Positions 20,855 to 30,898 of a DNA stretch of 64,000 nucleotides are shown piece by piece. Where the stretch lies: contig JALHMH010000007.1 of NCBI GenBank assembly GCA_022844165.1, forward strand, positions 1 to 64,000, written 5' to 3'. Positions within the stretch are counted from its first letter, which is position 1. Each line of letters starts with the position of its first letter. Position numbers and translations under genes: made by a program. The notes beneath the pieces are model-generated. The model saw only the letters and a program-made list of their open reading frames with translations, ran no database searches and was not told the DNA's origin. The DNA is from Lysobacterales bacterium (GTDB taxonomy: Bacteria > Pseudomonadota > Gammaproteobacteria > Xanthomonadales > SZUA-5).

Positions 20855-21550
20855 ATGGGTGCTCAATGGAAAACCAAAGGTAAGGAACAAAACGCGAACG
20901 CGAAGGGCCTGGTGTTCACCAAACTTGCGCGCGAAATTTCGGTTGCGGCGCGCAGCGGCGCCGACCCGACGATGAATTCGCGGCTACGACTGGCGATTGA
21001 TCAAGCACGGAAGATGTCGATGCCGCGCGATACCGTGGATCGCGCCATCAAGAAGGGGGCGGGCATGCTGGATGGCGGTGCTCAGTATGAAAAACTCACC
21101 TACGAGGGATTCGCACCACATCGCGTACCTGTGATCGTCGAGTGTTTGACTGACAACGCAAACCGCGCCGCCTCAGCCATTCGCGTGTTGTTCCGTAAGG
21201 GGCAACTCGGTAGCTCAGGGTCGGTCAGTTGGGACTTCGATCACCTGGGCATGATTGAGGCCGAAGCGGCTCAGCCGGGCGCCGATGCCGAAACGGCGGC
21301 CATTGAGGCCGGAGCGCAGGATGTACAAGCCGATGACGACGGCGTGCTCTTTCTGACCGAGCCGACCGATCTTGATGCCGTTCAGAAGGCGCTTCCCGCC
21401 TTTGGATTCACCGTGCTCAAGGCCTACATTGGCTATCGCGCGAAAAATCCGGTCAGCGTGAGCGGCGCTGAGCGCGAGGAGGTCGAGGCGTTTCTACAGG
21501 CGCTGGATGAAGATGACGAAGTACAAACGGTCTACGCCGGGCTGGCGTAG
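20855..21550 (+). CDS. yebC: YebC/PmpR-family protein
   Basis: [31 protein letters not shown] and VECLTDN motifs. Confidence 0.9.
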   Translation: MGAQWKTKGKEQNANAKGLVFTKLAREISVAARSGADPTMNSRLRLAIDQARKMSMPRDTVDRAIKKGAGMLDGGAQYEKLTYEGFAPHRVPVIVECLTDNANRAASAIRVLFRKGQLGSSGSVSWDFDHLGMIEAEAAQPGADAETAAIEAGAQDVQADDDGVLFLTEPTDLDAVQKALPAFGFTVLKAYIGYRAKNPVSVSGAEREEVEAFLQALDEDDEVQTVYAGLA

Positions 21551-21578
21551 TCGAGGATTTGCGAGACGCGCAAACAAA

Positions 21579-21600
21579 TGGCCCGGCTATTGCCGGGCCA
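21579..21600. terminator. Probable bidirectional terminator hairpin
   Basis: TGGCCCGGC-TATT-GCCGGGCCA between convergent genes. Confidence 0.6.
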
Positions 21601-21625
21601 GTTGCGATACCGAAGCGCGTGACAA

Positions 21626-22609
21626 TCAGCTGTAACGACGCACAGCAACCAATCCGCCGATGCCGATCAAAAGACCGAGCAACGCCAGACCGAATCGGTC
21701 GACTGCCGGCACGTTGGCAGGCGGCAACACCTCGACGCCAACGGTGAAATCCAAGAGGTCGATGGGCAACGTGCCGAGAACCGTCAAAGCGCCCGTGGTC
21801 AGATTGAGCCGCGCAAACAACTCTGCGGCACCTTCGACCACCTCGTCGCTCCGGCTTGTTCCGGCGCCAGCGCCGTCCGCGAAACTCAGGTAAGCGCTGC
21901 CCCCTGAGCTGATATCGAAACCGATTCCGCCATCCAGCGTGATGAAGGACGGCGGCGTGAAAATCGTCGTCATTTGGCCGGAGTTGGGGCTCGTCGGCGA
22001 GCCGCCAATCGACCCGACACGAGACAACGCGTCGTTGTCGAAATCCCATACGTACATGGTCGTCGCCGTGCCGGGATCGTTGTCGTTAAAATCGTAGGCA
22101 ACACCCGCCGGGAACGGCGGATTCGATTGGACGTTTGGATCGCCTGCCACATAGGCCAATGCGGTGTCCTCGGCCACCAACGTGCCGTCGTTCGGATTCA
22201 GGCGCAGGTTTTGCGCACCCGACGCGACCACACGCAGGCGATCTGCCGCAGGATTGAAGTCCATGGAGACGCGAACGGGCCACGTGAACGAAACAGTGCC
22301 GCCGCTGCCAACCGGCGTCAACGCCCCGGTGGCCTCGTTCAACGTATACAGCTGAAAGCCGGTCGATGCGTTCGTACTGAGAACGTAGATTGTGTTGTTC
22401 GCAGGACGTCGGTCGATGGCGCGCACAGAGTGCCCAGCGAGAATGCCGGTCAACGGACCGACGGTGGTCACATTACCGGGGCTGTCGGTATCGAAGCGCA
22501 CGACATTGCTGCCTGCTGCCGCTCCGGTGATACCGATGACCGGTTCAGCCGAAGCGCCGATCGAAACCAGCAGCGCCGCTGCAATTGAACAGAGTCTAAG
22601 GGTACGCAT
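21626..22609 (-). CDS. Secreted DUF4394-like protein with an IPTL-CTERM-like C-terminal sorting tail
   Basis: Signal peptide; AIDRRPA, DFNPAADRLRVV, QNLRLNP and GFDI motifs typical of DUF4394; tail VPAVDRFGLALLGLLIGIGGLVAVRR. Confidence 0.8.
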   Translation of the reverse strand: MRTLRLCSIAAALLVSIGASAEPVIGITGAAAGSNVVRFDTDSPGNVTTVGPLTGILAGHSVRAIDRRPANNTIYVLSTNASTGFQLYTLNEATGALTPVGSGGTVSFTWPVRVSMDFNPAADRLRVVASGAQNLRLNPNDGTLVAEDTALAYVAGDPNVQSNPPFPAGVAYDFNDNDPGTATTMYVWDFDNDALSRVGSIGGSPTSPNSGQMTTIFTPPSFITLDGGIGFDISSGGSAYLSFADGAGAGTSRSDEVVEGAAELFARLNLTTGALTVLGTLPIDLLDFTVGVEVLPPANVPAVDRFGLALLGLLIGIGGLVAVRRYS

Positions 22610-22705
22610 GGCTTCTTCCTTTTCTGGTTTGAATTGAGCGTGCTGGACGAAGTGCAAAGTATAGAAGGGTTACGCTCCATTTGTGCAATCGGATGCGCGC
22701 AAGCC

Positions 22706-22735
22706 ACGGCATCGGGGCGCCGACCCCGATGCCGT
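22706..22735 (-). terminator. Hairpin downstream of ahcY
   Basis: ACGGCATCGGGG-CGCCGA-CCCCGATGCCGT, a 12-bp perfect stem. Confidence 0.55.
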
Positions 22736-22742
22736 ATGCCGA

Positions 22743-24173
22743 TCAATACCGGTAGTGCTCCGGCTTGAACGGGCCTTGCTGCGTAACGCCCATATAACTC
22801 GCTTGTTGTTCTGTCAGCTGCGTCAGCTTCACACCGATCTTCTCCAGGTGCAAACGAGCCACTTCTTCGTCGAGTTTCTTCGGCAGTTGGTACACTTCGG
22901 AGGCGTAACGATCTTTGTTGGTCCAAAGATCGATCTGGGCCAACACCTGGTTCGAAAATGAGTTCGACATCACGAACGAGGGGTGCCCGGTGGCGCACCC
23001 CAGGTTGACCAACCGGCCTTCCGCCAACATGTAAATTTCATGGCCGTCGGCAAAAGTGTATTTGTCGACTTGCGGCTTGATGTTGGTCCGCTTGACGCCC
23101 TCAGCTCTGTTCAGCCGGTCCACCTGAATCTCATTGTCGAAGTGGCCGATGTTGCAGACGATGGCCTGGTCCTTCATCGCCGCCATGTGCTCAACCGTGA
23201 TGACATCCTTGTTGCCGGTTGCCGTGACGTAGACATCGCCCCGACCCAGAGTGTCCTCGATGGTGGTGACTTCGAAGCCTTCCATAGCCGCCTGCAATGC
23301 GCAGATCGGATCGATCTCAGTCACCACCACGCGCGCGCCGAAACCGCGCAGGCTGCGTGCCGAACCCTTGCCCACATCCCCGAAGCCGCAAATCACGGCA
23401 AGTTTGCCGGCAATCATGCGATCGGTGGCGCGTTTGATTCCGTCGGCCAGCGACTCGCGGCAGCCATAGAGGTTGTCGAACTTGCTCTTGGTCACCGAGT
23501 CATTGACGTTGATCGCTGGCACGAGCAGCTTGCCGAGCGCCTTCATTTGATAAAGGCGCGCAACGCCAGTCGTGGTTTCCTCCGACACGCCGCGCCATTG
23601 TTTGACCACGTTGTGCCAGAAGCCTGGGCGCTCCTTCTGCGTGCGCTTAAGCAAGCGCTTGATGACCGCCTCTTCTTCGCTGTCGCTCGGCGTACTGATC
23701 CAGTCGCTGCCTTGCTCCATCTCGTAACCCTTGTGGATCAGCAGCGTGACGTCGCCACCATCATCGACCACAAGTTCAGGGCCTTGGCCGCCAGGATGCG
23801 TCACCGCGTCGAGAGTACAGTCCCAGTACTCTTCGAGTGTCTCACCCTTCCACGCAAACACCGGAACGCCGGTGACGGCAATCGCCGCTGCAGCATAGTC
23901 CTGGGTCGAGAAGATGTTGCACGAAGCCCAACGCACTGACGCGCCGAGATCGGCCAGTGTTTCGATCAGCACGGCAGTTTCGACCGTCATATGCAGCGAG
24001 CCCGTCAGGCGCACACCTTTGAGCGGTTTGGTGGCAGCATACTTTTTGCGAATCGCCATCAGGCCCGGCATCTCATGCTCGGCCATCTGGATTTCTTTTC
24101 GACCCCATTCGGCCAGCGACAAATCGCGAACCTTGAAGTCGTGTTTGGGCAGTTCTTTAACTACAGCGTTCAT
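22743..24173 (-). CDS. ahcY: Adenosylhomocysteinase
   Basis: [33 protein letters not shown] and GHPSFVMS motifs. Confidence 0.98.
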   Translation of the reverse strand: MNAVVKELPKHDFKVRDLSLAEWGRKEIQMAEHEMPGLMAIRKKYAATKPLKGVRLTGSLHMTVETAVLIETLADLGASVRWASCNIFSTQDYAAAAIAVTGVPVFAWKGETLEEYWDCTLDAVTHPGGQGPELVVDDGGDVTLLIHKGYEMEQGSDWISTPSDSEEEAVIKRLLKRTQKERPGFWHNVVKQWRGVSEETTTGVARLYQMKALGKLLVPAINVNDSVTKSKFDNLYGCRESLADGIKRATDRMIAGKLAVICGFGDVGKGSARSLRGFGARVVVTEIDPICALQAAMEGFEVTTIEDTLGRGDVYVTATGNKDVITVEHMAAMKDQAIVCNIGHFDNEIQVDRLNRAEGVKRTNIKPQVDKYTFADGHEIYMLAEGRLVNLGCATGHPSFVMSNSFSNQVLAQIDLWTNKDRYASEVYQLPKKLDEEVARLHLEKIGVKLTQLTEQQASYMGVTQQGPFKPEHYRY

Positions 24174-24192
24174 TGTGCGTCCTCAGATTTAG

Positions 24193-24273
24193 ACGGGCGC
24201 CCTTCGTATCGAAGGCATCTCCATCGAGCGTGATTCACGGCAATGCCCGTGACTTGCAGCGCCCCTCGATGGA
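24193..24273 (-). ncRNA. SAH riboswitch in the ahcY leader
   Basis: Minus strand reads TCCATCGAG-GGGCGCTGCAAG-TCACGG..CCGTGA-ATCACG-CTCGATGGA...AAGGGCGCCCG, giving P1, the GAGGGGCGCUGC core, P2 and a pseudoknot strand next to the RBS. Confidence 0.85.
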
Positions 24274-24466
24274 TGAGCTGCCACACGCATCCGCCACTCG
24301 AGTGGGGATTGTGCGTATGGAGAGAGCCGAGCTCAAACCCGGCGAGCTGCGGATGCTAGCAGAGCAATTGTTACGCGGTGATCAACAACGCCTGGAGGTT
24401 CAGCTCTTCGCCAAAGGCCTTAAGCCGCATTGTTCGTGCTCATCGTGAGAGGCACTTCCGGGCAAA

Positions 24467-25600
24467 TCAGAAGCGCCAATTCCAGAGCGCCTCGAACTCG
24501 AAATGTGTCGAGTCGGCGGGGTCTGTGTTGCGGTAGTACGGGGAACCCAGGACATACTCGGCCCCAGCGTAACTTGCCGAGAACCTCAACTCGCCCAGCC
24601 GCAGAGCCCGGCCAACGCCAATCGACCAGTTAACGTCGCTCTGAATACCGTCGATGGCCTGCTGCAAGAGCGGCGCTGTCGGGCTGGGCTGCAGGCTGGT
24701 GCTATATCGGACGGACCAGTCCCAGGCGGAAGCCTGACCACGCAATGCCGCGGAATAAACCGTCAGGTTTTGCCAAGCGAAAGTTGGGCTATTTCCATCA
24801 CCCAGAAGCGCCAGGAACCGATTCGGCAATGCAAAACTGCTGACGCTGTTGATGTCACTATAAAATACGTGCTCGGCACCAATCACGATGGACGCTGCTG
24901 GTACAAGTTGCGCGGAAAAACCCAAAGCGGCTGTGGCTGGAATGTCCAAGTCGCCTGGCTCGGAATACAACCCCTGGTAGGATTTGTACGCATCCATGTC
25001 GATCGGCGAGCGCAACCCCAAGGTCCAGCCAAACCGATCATCGATCGGACCGCCGACCGCCAGTGCAACACCCACGCCGCTGGATCGTTCGGTCAATGGG
25101 CTCAACGGCGGCAGTATGTTTTCACCGCCCGGCAATGGTGAGAGCGTCCCACTGGCAAAGCGCTGCTCGGCAAACACAGCATCAATGCCAAGCGCGACAC
25201 CCTGCTGACTTTCGACGAACAATCCGGAGGTCAGCAGTCGCCGCTCCAACGCAGAGTCGGAGACCAAGGTGCGGCGCTCCTCAGGAATGAAGGCCGCCAG
25301 AGCGGAGGTCGACGACAGCGACGAGACGCGTAAGAAACTTGCCCACTCTTTGCCAGACAGGATAGGCGCGATGAACCATGCGTTGGCGTCCATCATGAAC
25401 GGATGAACGGCCGGCGTGGTCAACGCGGAAACGTCCACCCAATCGAAATTCGGAATCAGCTTTTCAGTGGCCAGGGGAGCCCATCGGCCGGTCAGCACTT
25501 TCGAGCGTTCTTCGCTCGTCGCTGCGGCCAAAAAAGTCGGGACGGCCAGCAAAATTGCGGCCGTCCCGATAATGATTTGCAAACGTGCTCTCGCCTGCAT
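24467..25600 (-). CDS. Outer-membrane protein, distantly FadL/OmpP1/TodX-like
   Basis: Signal peptide; IDMDAYKSYQGLYSEPGDLDIP and FAWQNLTVY resemble the FadL family; terminal WRF; start trimmed to avoid overlapping thiD. Confidence 0.6.
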   Translation of the reverse strand: MQARARLQIIIGTAAILLAVPTFLAAATSEERSKVLTGRWAPLATEKLIPNFDWVDVSALTTPAVHPFMMDANAWFIAPILSGKEWASFLRVSSLSSTSALAAFIPEERRTLVSDSALERRLLTSGLFVESQQGVALGIDAVFAEQRFASGTLSPLPGGENILPPLSPLTERSSGVGVALAVGGPIDDRFGWTLGLRSPIDMDAYKSYQGLYSEPGDLDIPATAALGFSAQLVPAASIVIGAEHVFYSDINSVSSFALPNRFLALLGDGNSPTFAWQNLTVYSAALRGQASAWDWSVRYSTSLQPSPTAPLLQQAIDGIQSDVNWSIGVGRALRLGELRFSASYAGAEYVLGSPYYRNTDPADSTHFEFEALWNWRF

Positions 25601-25717
25601 GCCCCTAAAGCCCGCTAGAAGGGAAGGAGTGTTGCTTCTAGCCGACGCCAGAATCGCAAAAAAACAACAGTGCGTCAAGTACGCAACATCAATCAGTTTT
25701 CGTTGTATTTTTGCCAC

Positions 25718-26500
25718 ATGAAAGACCTTTGTTTCGCGTTGACGATAGCAGGTTCGGATTCCGGCGGTGGTGCTGGCATTCAAGCCGACTTGCGTGCGTT
25801 TCATAGCCAGGGAGTCTTCGGACTGGCCGTGATCACCGCCCTCACCGCCCAAAATACGCGCGAAGTGGCGGCAGTTCAGCTCACGCCACCGGCGATGATT
25901 CGCGCGCAATTCGACGCGGTCGTTGCCGATTTTCCCGTAGGCGCAATGAAGATCGGCATGCTGGGTAACGCAGCGACAACGCGAGAAGTGACGGCGCTGG
26001 TTTTGACAGTGAACGTGCCGCTGGTCGTCGACCCCGTGATGATCGCCAGTTCTGGTGCGCGTTTGTTGGATGTGGATGCCGAAGTGGCGCTACGCAAGTT
26101 GATTCGCAACGCCACAATCATCACGCCGAACCTGCCTGAGGCAGCGGCGCTGCTCGGCATCGATGAATCTTCGATCGAAATCGAAAGCGCCGCACGGGCC
26201 TTGCTTGCCATGGGAGCGGCAGCGGTGCTGCTCAAGGATGGTCACGGCAGCGGCTCGACAGTGCGCGACATTTATTGCGATGCGCACGGCATCATTGCCT
26301 TTGAAGCGCCGCGGGCCGCGTTTCGCGGACATGGAACAGGCTGCTCGCTGGCATCGTTGATTACTGCGCGCCTGGCATTGGGCGAATCAACGCGCACCGC
26401 CGTGGCAAATGCGATTGGTGTGTTTCGCACCGCTATTGCGGAGGGCTATCGCGTGGGGACTGAGCAAGTACTCGTGCCGAATCCCAAGCCGCGTCGATAA
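25718..26500 (+). CDS. thiD: Hydroxymethylpyrimidine/phosphomethylpyrimidine kinase
   Basis: LTIAGSDSGGGAGIQAD, LTAQNT, DPVM, TPNLPEA and HGTGC motifs. Confidence 0.93.
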   Translation: MKDLCFALTIAGSDSGGGAGIQADLRAFHSQGVFGLAVITALTAQNTREVAAVQLTPPAMIRAQFDAVVADFPVGAMKIGMLGNAATTREVTALVLTVNVPLVVDPVMIASSGARLLDVDAEVALRKLIRNATIITPNLPEAAALLGIDESSIEIESAARALLAMGAAAVLLKDGHGSGSTVRDIYCDAHGIIAFEAPRAAFRGHGTGCSLASLITARLALGESTRTAVANAIGVFRTAIAEGYRVGTEQVLVPNPKPRR

Positions 26501-26567
26501 CGGTGCGTGCCGGCTACACGTCGCCCGCGCTCGCTGCCCCGAGCCGCGCTCCCGCTCCGTCAGGGAT

Positions 26568-27569
26568 TTAGCCCAGGTGATACGCGGTTACGCGTTCGAC
26601 CTCGCTTTTTGATCCCAAAAAGACCGGCACACGCTGATGAAGTTCTCCGGGAATGACATCGAGCAGCCGTTCGCGCCCTGTGGTCGCCGCGCCGCCCGCT
26701 TGTTCGACGATAAACGCCATCGGATTAGCCTCGTACATGAGGCGCAACCGACCGGGTTTGCCCGGATCTTTAAGATCGCGCGGATAGATGAAAATCCCGC
26801 CTCGAGTAAGAATGCGGTGCACATCGGCGACCATGCTCGCCACCCACCGCATATTGAAATCCTTGCCGCGCGGGCCCTTGCTGCCGGCGAGCAATTCGCC
26901 GATGTAGCGTTGCATCGGGGCTTCCCAATGCCGTTGATTCGACATATTGATCGCGAATTCCTGTGTTTCTTCCGGGATGCGCAAGTTGCGGCCGGTCAGA
27001 ACGAATGAGCCGACCTCGCGATCGAGGGTGAAGCTGTAAACGCCAGCACCGATGGTCAACACCAGGATCGTGCTCGGCCCATACACAGCGTAACCGGCAG
27101 CCAGTTGCCGCGCGCCAGGTTGCAGGAAATCTCGCGACGTCGGTTCGGTCACGCCATCGGGACAGCGCAGTACTGAAAAAATCGTACCGACCGAAACATT
27201 GACATCGATATTGGAACTGCCGTCCAGCGGATCAAACAGCAACAAATACTCGCCCTTGGGGTAACGATGCGGAATCGCGTGCGGCAAGTCCATTTCTTCA
27301 GAAGCAATCGCGGCAAGGTGTCCGCCCCATTCGTTGGCTTCGAGCAAAATGTCGTTCGAAAGAACATCGAGCTTCTTCTGCACTTCGCCCTGGACGTTTT
27401 CGCTATTGGCCGAGCCCAGAACCCCGCCCAGCGCGCCTTTGCCGACGGCAATGGATATCGCTTTGCATGCCCGCGCAACCACTTCGATCAGCAGCCGCAA
27501 GTCCGCAGTGAGGTGCTGGTGTTCGCGCTGCTCTTCGATCAGAAAACGGGTCAGCGAGATGTGTTTCAT
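26568..27569 (-). CDS. fbp: Class 1 fructose-1,6-bisphosphatase
   Basis: [22 protein letters not shown] and [11 protein letters not shown] motifs. Confidence 0.97.
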   Translation of the reverse strand: MKHISLTRFLIEEQREHQHLTADLRLLIEVVARACKAISIAVGKGALGGVLGSANSENVQGEVQKKLDVLSNDILLEANEWGGHLAAIASEEMDLPHAIPHRYPKGEYLLLFDPLDGSSNIDVNVSVGTIFSVLRCPDGVTEPTSRDFLQPGARQLAAGYAVYGPSTILVLTIGAGVYSFTLDREVGSFVLTGRNLRIPEETQEFAINMSNQRHWEAPMQRYIGELLAGSKGPRGKDFNMRWVASMVADVHRILTRGGIFIYPRDLKDPGKPGRLRLMYEANPMAFIVEQAGGAATTGRERLLDVIPGELHQRVPVFLGSKSEVERVTAYHLG

Positions 27570-27722
27570 GGTCCCGAAACGGTCTTGATGCGAGGCGCGC
27601 GAGACTACGCCGCGCGCCTCTTGATCGCCAGAGCCTGCTGATTCGCAAATCCCTAAACGCAGTGCCGAGCGAAGCCAACAATGCTCGGCGGTCCGAGGCG
27701 AAGCCTCGCCAGAACGTTGGCT

Positions 27723-28901
27723 TCAACCGGCTCGCAGCGCCGTTGTGACGGGTAACCGTGCCGCGCGAATCGCCGGCATCAGACCGCCGATAAATCCAAT
27801 GAATATCGCCAGCACCATGCCGAAGCCCACCAGTGCCGGGGTGACACGGAAGTTGAAGACGAGTTGCGTAAAGCCGCTGCCAAGGGTCGAAACGGTCATG
27901 CCGTTGAAAAACACATAGGCGAGCAGCGCACCGATCAGGCCACCGACCACCGCAAGGAGCATCGCCTCGACCATGACGCTGGCAACGACAGGAAACCCAG
28001 AAAATCCGATTGCGCGCAACGTGGCGATTTCGCGCGTGCGCGCCGAGACGCTTGCGTACATCGTGTTCAATGCCGCAAAGATCGCACCGAGCGCCATGAT
28101 CACCGCCACCGCCGTGCCCAGCGCCTTGACGCCGCCGCTGGTCTGCGCCGTCTGCGCCGTAAAGTAGTCCCGCTGATTGCGCACCTCCACGTTCAAGCGC
28201 GGATCTGCGGTCAAGGCCAGCTTGAACGCATCCAGTTGGTCGGGATCGGTCAATCCGACGAGCGCCACATTGAAGGAATTGGGTCGTCCCCAGGCGGTTT
28301 GCGCGGTCGCTGTGTCGGTAAAAATCTCACTTTCGTTGGCGTCGCCACTGACAAAGATACCCACGACCGTCCAATCGGCGCCACGCAAGCGAATGGTGTT
28401 ACCGACCGCCAGACCTTCAAACTGCTGGGATGCGCCCTTGCCAACCAGCAACTCCTGCAGGCCCGGCGTAAACTTCCTGCCTTCGACAATCTTCAGCTTC
28501 GGTCGCAGTTCGAGACCAAACTCGCCGATGCCACGGAGCGTGACGTTGGCGCCGAGTTTCTCGCCCTTTTTGGGCAATTCGGCAATGACAATCAGCTCGC
28601 CGGAAACCAGTGGTTTACCCGACGACGATTGGCGCACGCCAGGTGTTGTCGAGGCCAACTCCAGTGCCTGACGCGAGATTGTGCTGTTAAGTTCGGCTTG
28701 CGAACCGCCGCGCATGACCATCGCGTTGTTTTCCTCGCCCGAAGCGACCAGCGTCGAATCGATGCCGTTGGCCATCGCGAACAGCGCCGTAAACACACCG
28801 ACGACGCCAGCGATACCAATCACGATGACCAGCGAGGCGCCAAGTCGCTCGGGAATGCTGCGCAGATTCAGCAGTACGATTTCGAAGATTTGTTTGATCA
28901 T
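27723..28901 (-). CDS. ABC transporter permease (MacB/FtsX family)
   Basis: TM1, periplasmic domain and three further TMs; RTREIATLRAIGF. Confidence 0.9.
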   Translation of the reverse strand: MIKQIFEIVLLNLRSIPERLGASLVIVIGIAGVVGVFTALFAMANGIDSTLVASGEENNAMVMRGGSQAELNSTISRQALELASTTPGVRQSSSGKPLVSGELIVIAELPKKGEKLGANVTLRGIGEFGLELRPKLKIVEGRKFTPGLQELLVGKGASQQFEGLAVGNTIRLRGADWTVVGIFVSGDANESEIFTDTATAQTAWGRPNSFNVALVGLTDPDQLDAFKLALTADPRLNVEVRNQRDYFTAQTAQTSGGVKALGTAVAVIMALGAIFAALNTMYASVSARTREIATLRAIGFSGFPVVASVMVEAMLLAVVGGLIGALLAYVFFNGMTVSTLGSGFTQLVFNFRVTPALVGFGMVLAIFIGFIGGLMPAIRAARLPVTTALRAG

Positions 28902-28910
28902 CGTAAACTC

Positions 28911-30077
28911 CTATCGGCCCGCCAGTGCATCAACGATCTTGACCCGACCAGCCTTGAGCGCAGGCGGCAAACCAACCGCCAACGCCAATGCTGTCATCGC
29001 CAGAAAGGCCTGTAGCCAGACCGCTCCGCTGGCGCGGACGGTGCCAAAGAACTGAGGCGCCTGGGCCGCCAGCCCGGTGATCGCGAAACTCGCCAATAAC
29101 ATGCCGACCAGGGCCCCCAAAGCGCACAGAATGAGCGACTCGATCAGCACCAGCGCCGTGACCGTACCATTGTTGAAGCCGAGCGTTTTCAACACCGCCA
29201 GTTCTGGTATGCGCTCTCGAACGGCCTGCGCCATCGTGTTGCCGGTCAGAATCAGGATGGTGAAGAACACTGCGACAAGAATCAGCGAGACGATTAAGCC
29301 GATATCGCCTATTTGTGCGAAAAAGCCCTTGTTGAAGTCCTTCTCGCTTTGCGTCTTGGTCTCGTTCGGTGAGTTCAGGAATTTGGCGTCGATCGCCTGG
29401 GCAACAGCGTTCGCCTGATCAGGGTCATCAAGTACAACGTTGAAGACGCCAGCAAAGCCGCTTCCGAACTGTGCGGCTTCGGTAAAGTAGGCGTGATTGA
29501 TGTAAACAAGGTTGGTCTGCGCCTGCCATGATTCATCGATACCATCGAAGATTCCAACAATGTCGAACTCCCATGCCATCGAGCCGTCTTTCTTGGGGAA
29601 GATGTTCGATTTGATTGGGATCTTTTGTCCCACCTTCCAACCCTTGCCCTCTGCATTGGCGACGTTTCGGCCGACAATGGCGCCCGTTCGAGTGGTTTTG
29701 AATGCCTCCCATTCGGCGTCCGTCAGTTTCCACTCCGGATACGTGGTGCGCAGGCGCTCGGGATCATTGGCAAAGACAAAGAGCTGCTCGTTCTCGCCCC
29801 ACACGCCGCCAAACCACTGGTCGTGACTGACAGCCTTGACGCCAGGCATTGCCTCGATCTCTGGCAGTAACCGTATTGGCAACGAATCGGTAAATGACAC
29901 CCGCGATTGCACCACCAAACGCGACGCGCCGACGAAATCCGCGCCCGCAGTGAAAAAGACACTCAGCGCCTGTAACAATCCGAATAGCAAAAATGCACAA
30001 ATCAGCGACAACAACGTCAGCCACGCGCGCGTTTTTTTCCGCCAGAGGCTCGACCAGATCAAGTGGAAGTACTTCAT
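28911..30077 (-). CDS. ABC transporter permease (MacB/FtsX family)
   Basis: [14 protein letters not shown]; same topology as the neighbouring permease. Confidence 0.9.
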   Translation of the reverse strand: MKYFHLIWSSLWRKKTRAWLTLLSLICAFLLFGLLQALSVFFTAGADFVGASRLVVQSRVSFTDSLPIRLLPEIEAMPGVKAVSHDQWFGGVWGENEQLFVFANDPERLRTTYPEWKLTDAEWEAFKTTRTGAIVGRNVANAEGKGWKVGQKIPIKSNIFPKKDGSMAWEFDIVGIFDGIDESWQAQTNLVYINHAYFTEAAQFGSGFAGVFNVVLDDPDQANAVAQAIDAKFLNSPNETKTQSEKDFNKGFFAQIGDIGLIVSLILVAVFFTILILTGNTMAQAVRERIPELAVLKTLGFNNGTVTALVLIESLILCALGALVGMLLASFAITGLAAQAPQFFGTVRASGAVWLQAFLAMTALALAVGLPPALKAGRVKIVDALAGR

Positions 30078-30089
30078 TGCTGTACTCCT

Positions 30090-30776
30090 TTATGCGGCTT
30101 GCGCCTGCAGCGTGCCTTTGTCCAGATGCACCGTGCGACTGGCATATTCGGCCGCCTTGGGATCGTGCGTCACCATGACGATCGTCTTGCCGTATTCGCG
30201 ATTCAAACGTTGCAGCAAGGTCAAAATTTCATCCGCGGTCTTGCGATCAAGATCGCCAGTGGGCTCATCGCAAACCAGAAGTTCCGGGTCGCTGACCAGC
30301 GCGCGTGCGATTGCCACTCGCTGTTCCTGACCGCCCGACAGCTCCTTGGGCTTGTGCCGAGCGCGATCCTTCAGCCCGACGATCTCCAGCGCAATGTTGG
30401 CACGCTTCAATCGTTCGCTGCCGCTCATATTGGTGAGCAGCAACGGCAGCTCAACATTGCGCTCGGCTGTGAGCACCGGCAACAAATTATAGAACTGGAA
30501 AACGAAGCCGACATTGCTGGCACGCCATTTCGCCAGCTGACCCGAGTTCATACCGTCAATGCGTTGGCCACCAATGCTGATCTCCCCGCCGGTGGGCTGA
30601 TCGAGGCCACCGATCAGGTTGAGCAGCGTCGTCTTGCCCGAACCCGAAGGGCCCATCAGCGCCACGAAATCACCCTTCGGAATGTCGAGGGACAGGTTGT
30701 GCAGTACTTCGACTTTCTGCTTGCCCCGGGTGTAGTTCTTGATCACATTCTTGACGCGAATCAGGACATCGCTCAT
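30090..30776 (-). CDS. ABC transporter ATP-binding protein (LolD/MacB type)
   Basis: [21 protein letters not shown] and VTHD motifs. Confidence 0.95.
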   Translation of the reverse strand: MSDVLIRVKNVIKNYTRGKQKVEVLHNLSLDIPKGDFVALMGPSGSGKTTLLNLIGGLDQPTGGEISIGGQRIDGMNSGQLAKWRASNVGFVFQFYNLLPVLTAERNVELPLLLTNMSGSERLKRANIALEIVGLKDRARHKPKELSGGQEQRVAIARALVSDPELLVCDEPTGDLDRKTADEILTLLQRLNREYGKTIVMVTHDPKAAEYASRTVHLDKGTLQAQAA

Positions 30777-30898
30777 GGCTGTACCCTTCTACTTTCGATT
30801 GGCGGTGGCTCGGTTTGGCTGTTGCTTCCTCCCCCGATGTCCGGGGAAGGTTGAAACGTTCTGCGCAACGATCGTGGGCTTACTGACTTGGCCGCCGT

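Noticed and set aside
25601-25909. Apparent long overlap of the outer-membrane ORF with thiD (and of the SDR ORF with hemF at 56514-56888)
   Set aside because: These are ORF-caller extensions; downstream starts with a signal peptide or Rossmann motif remove the overlaps
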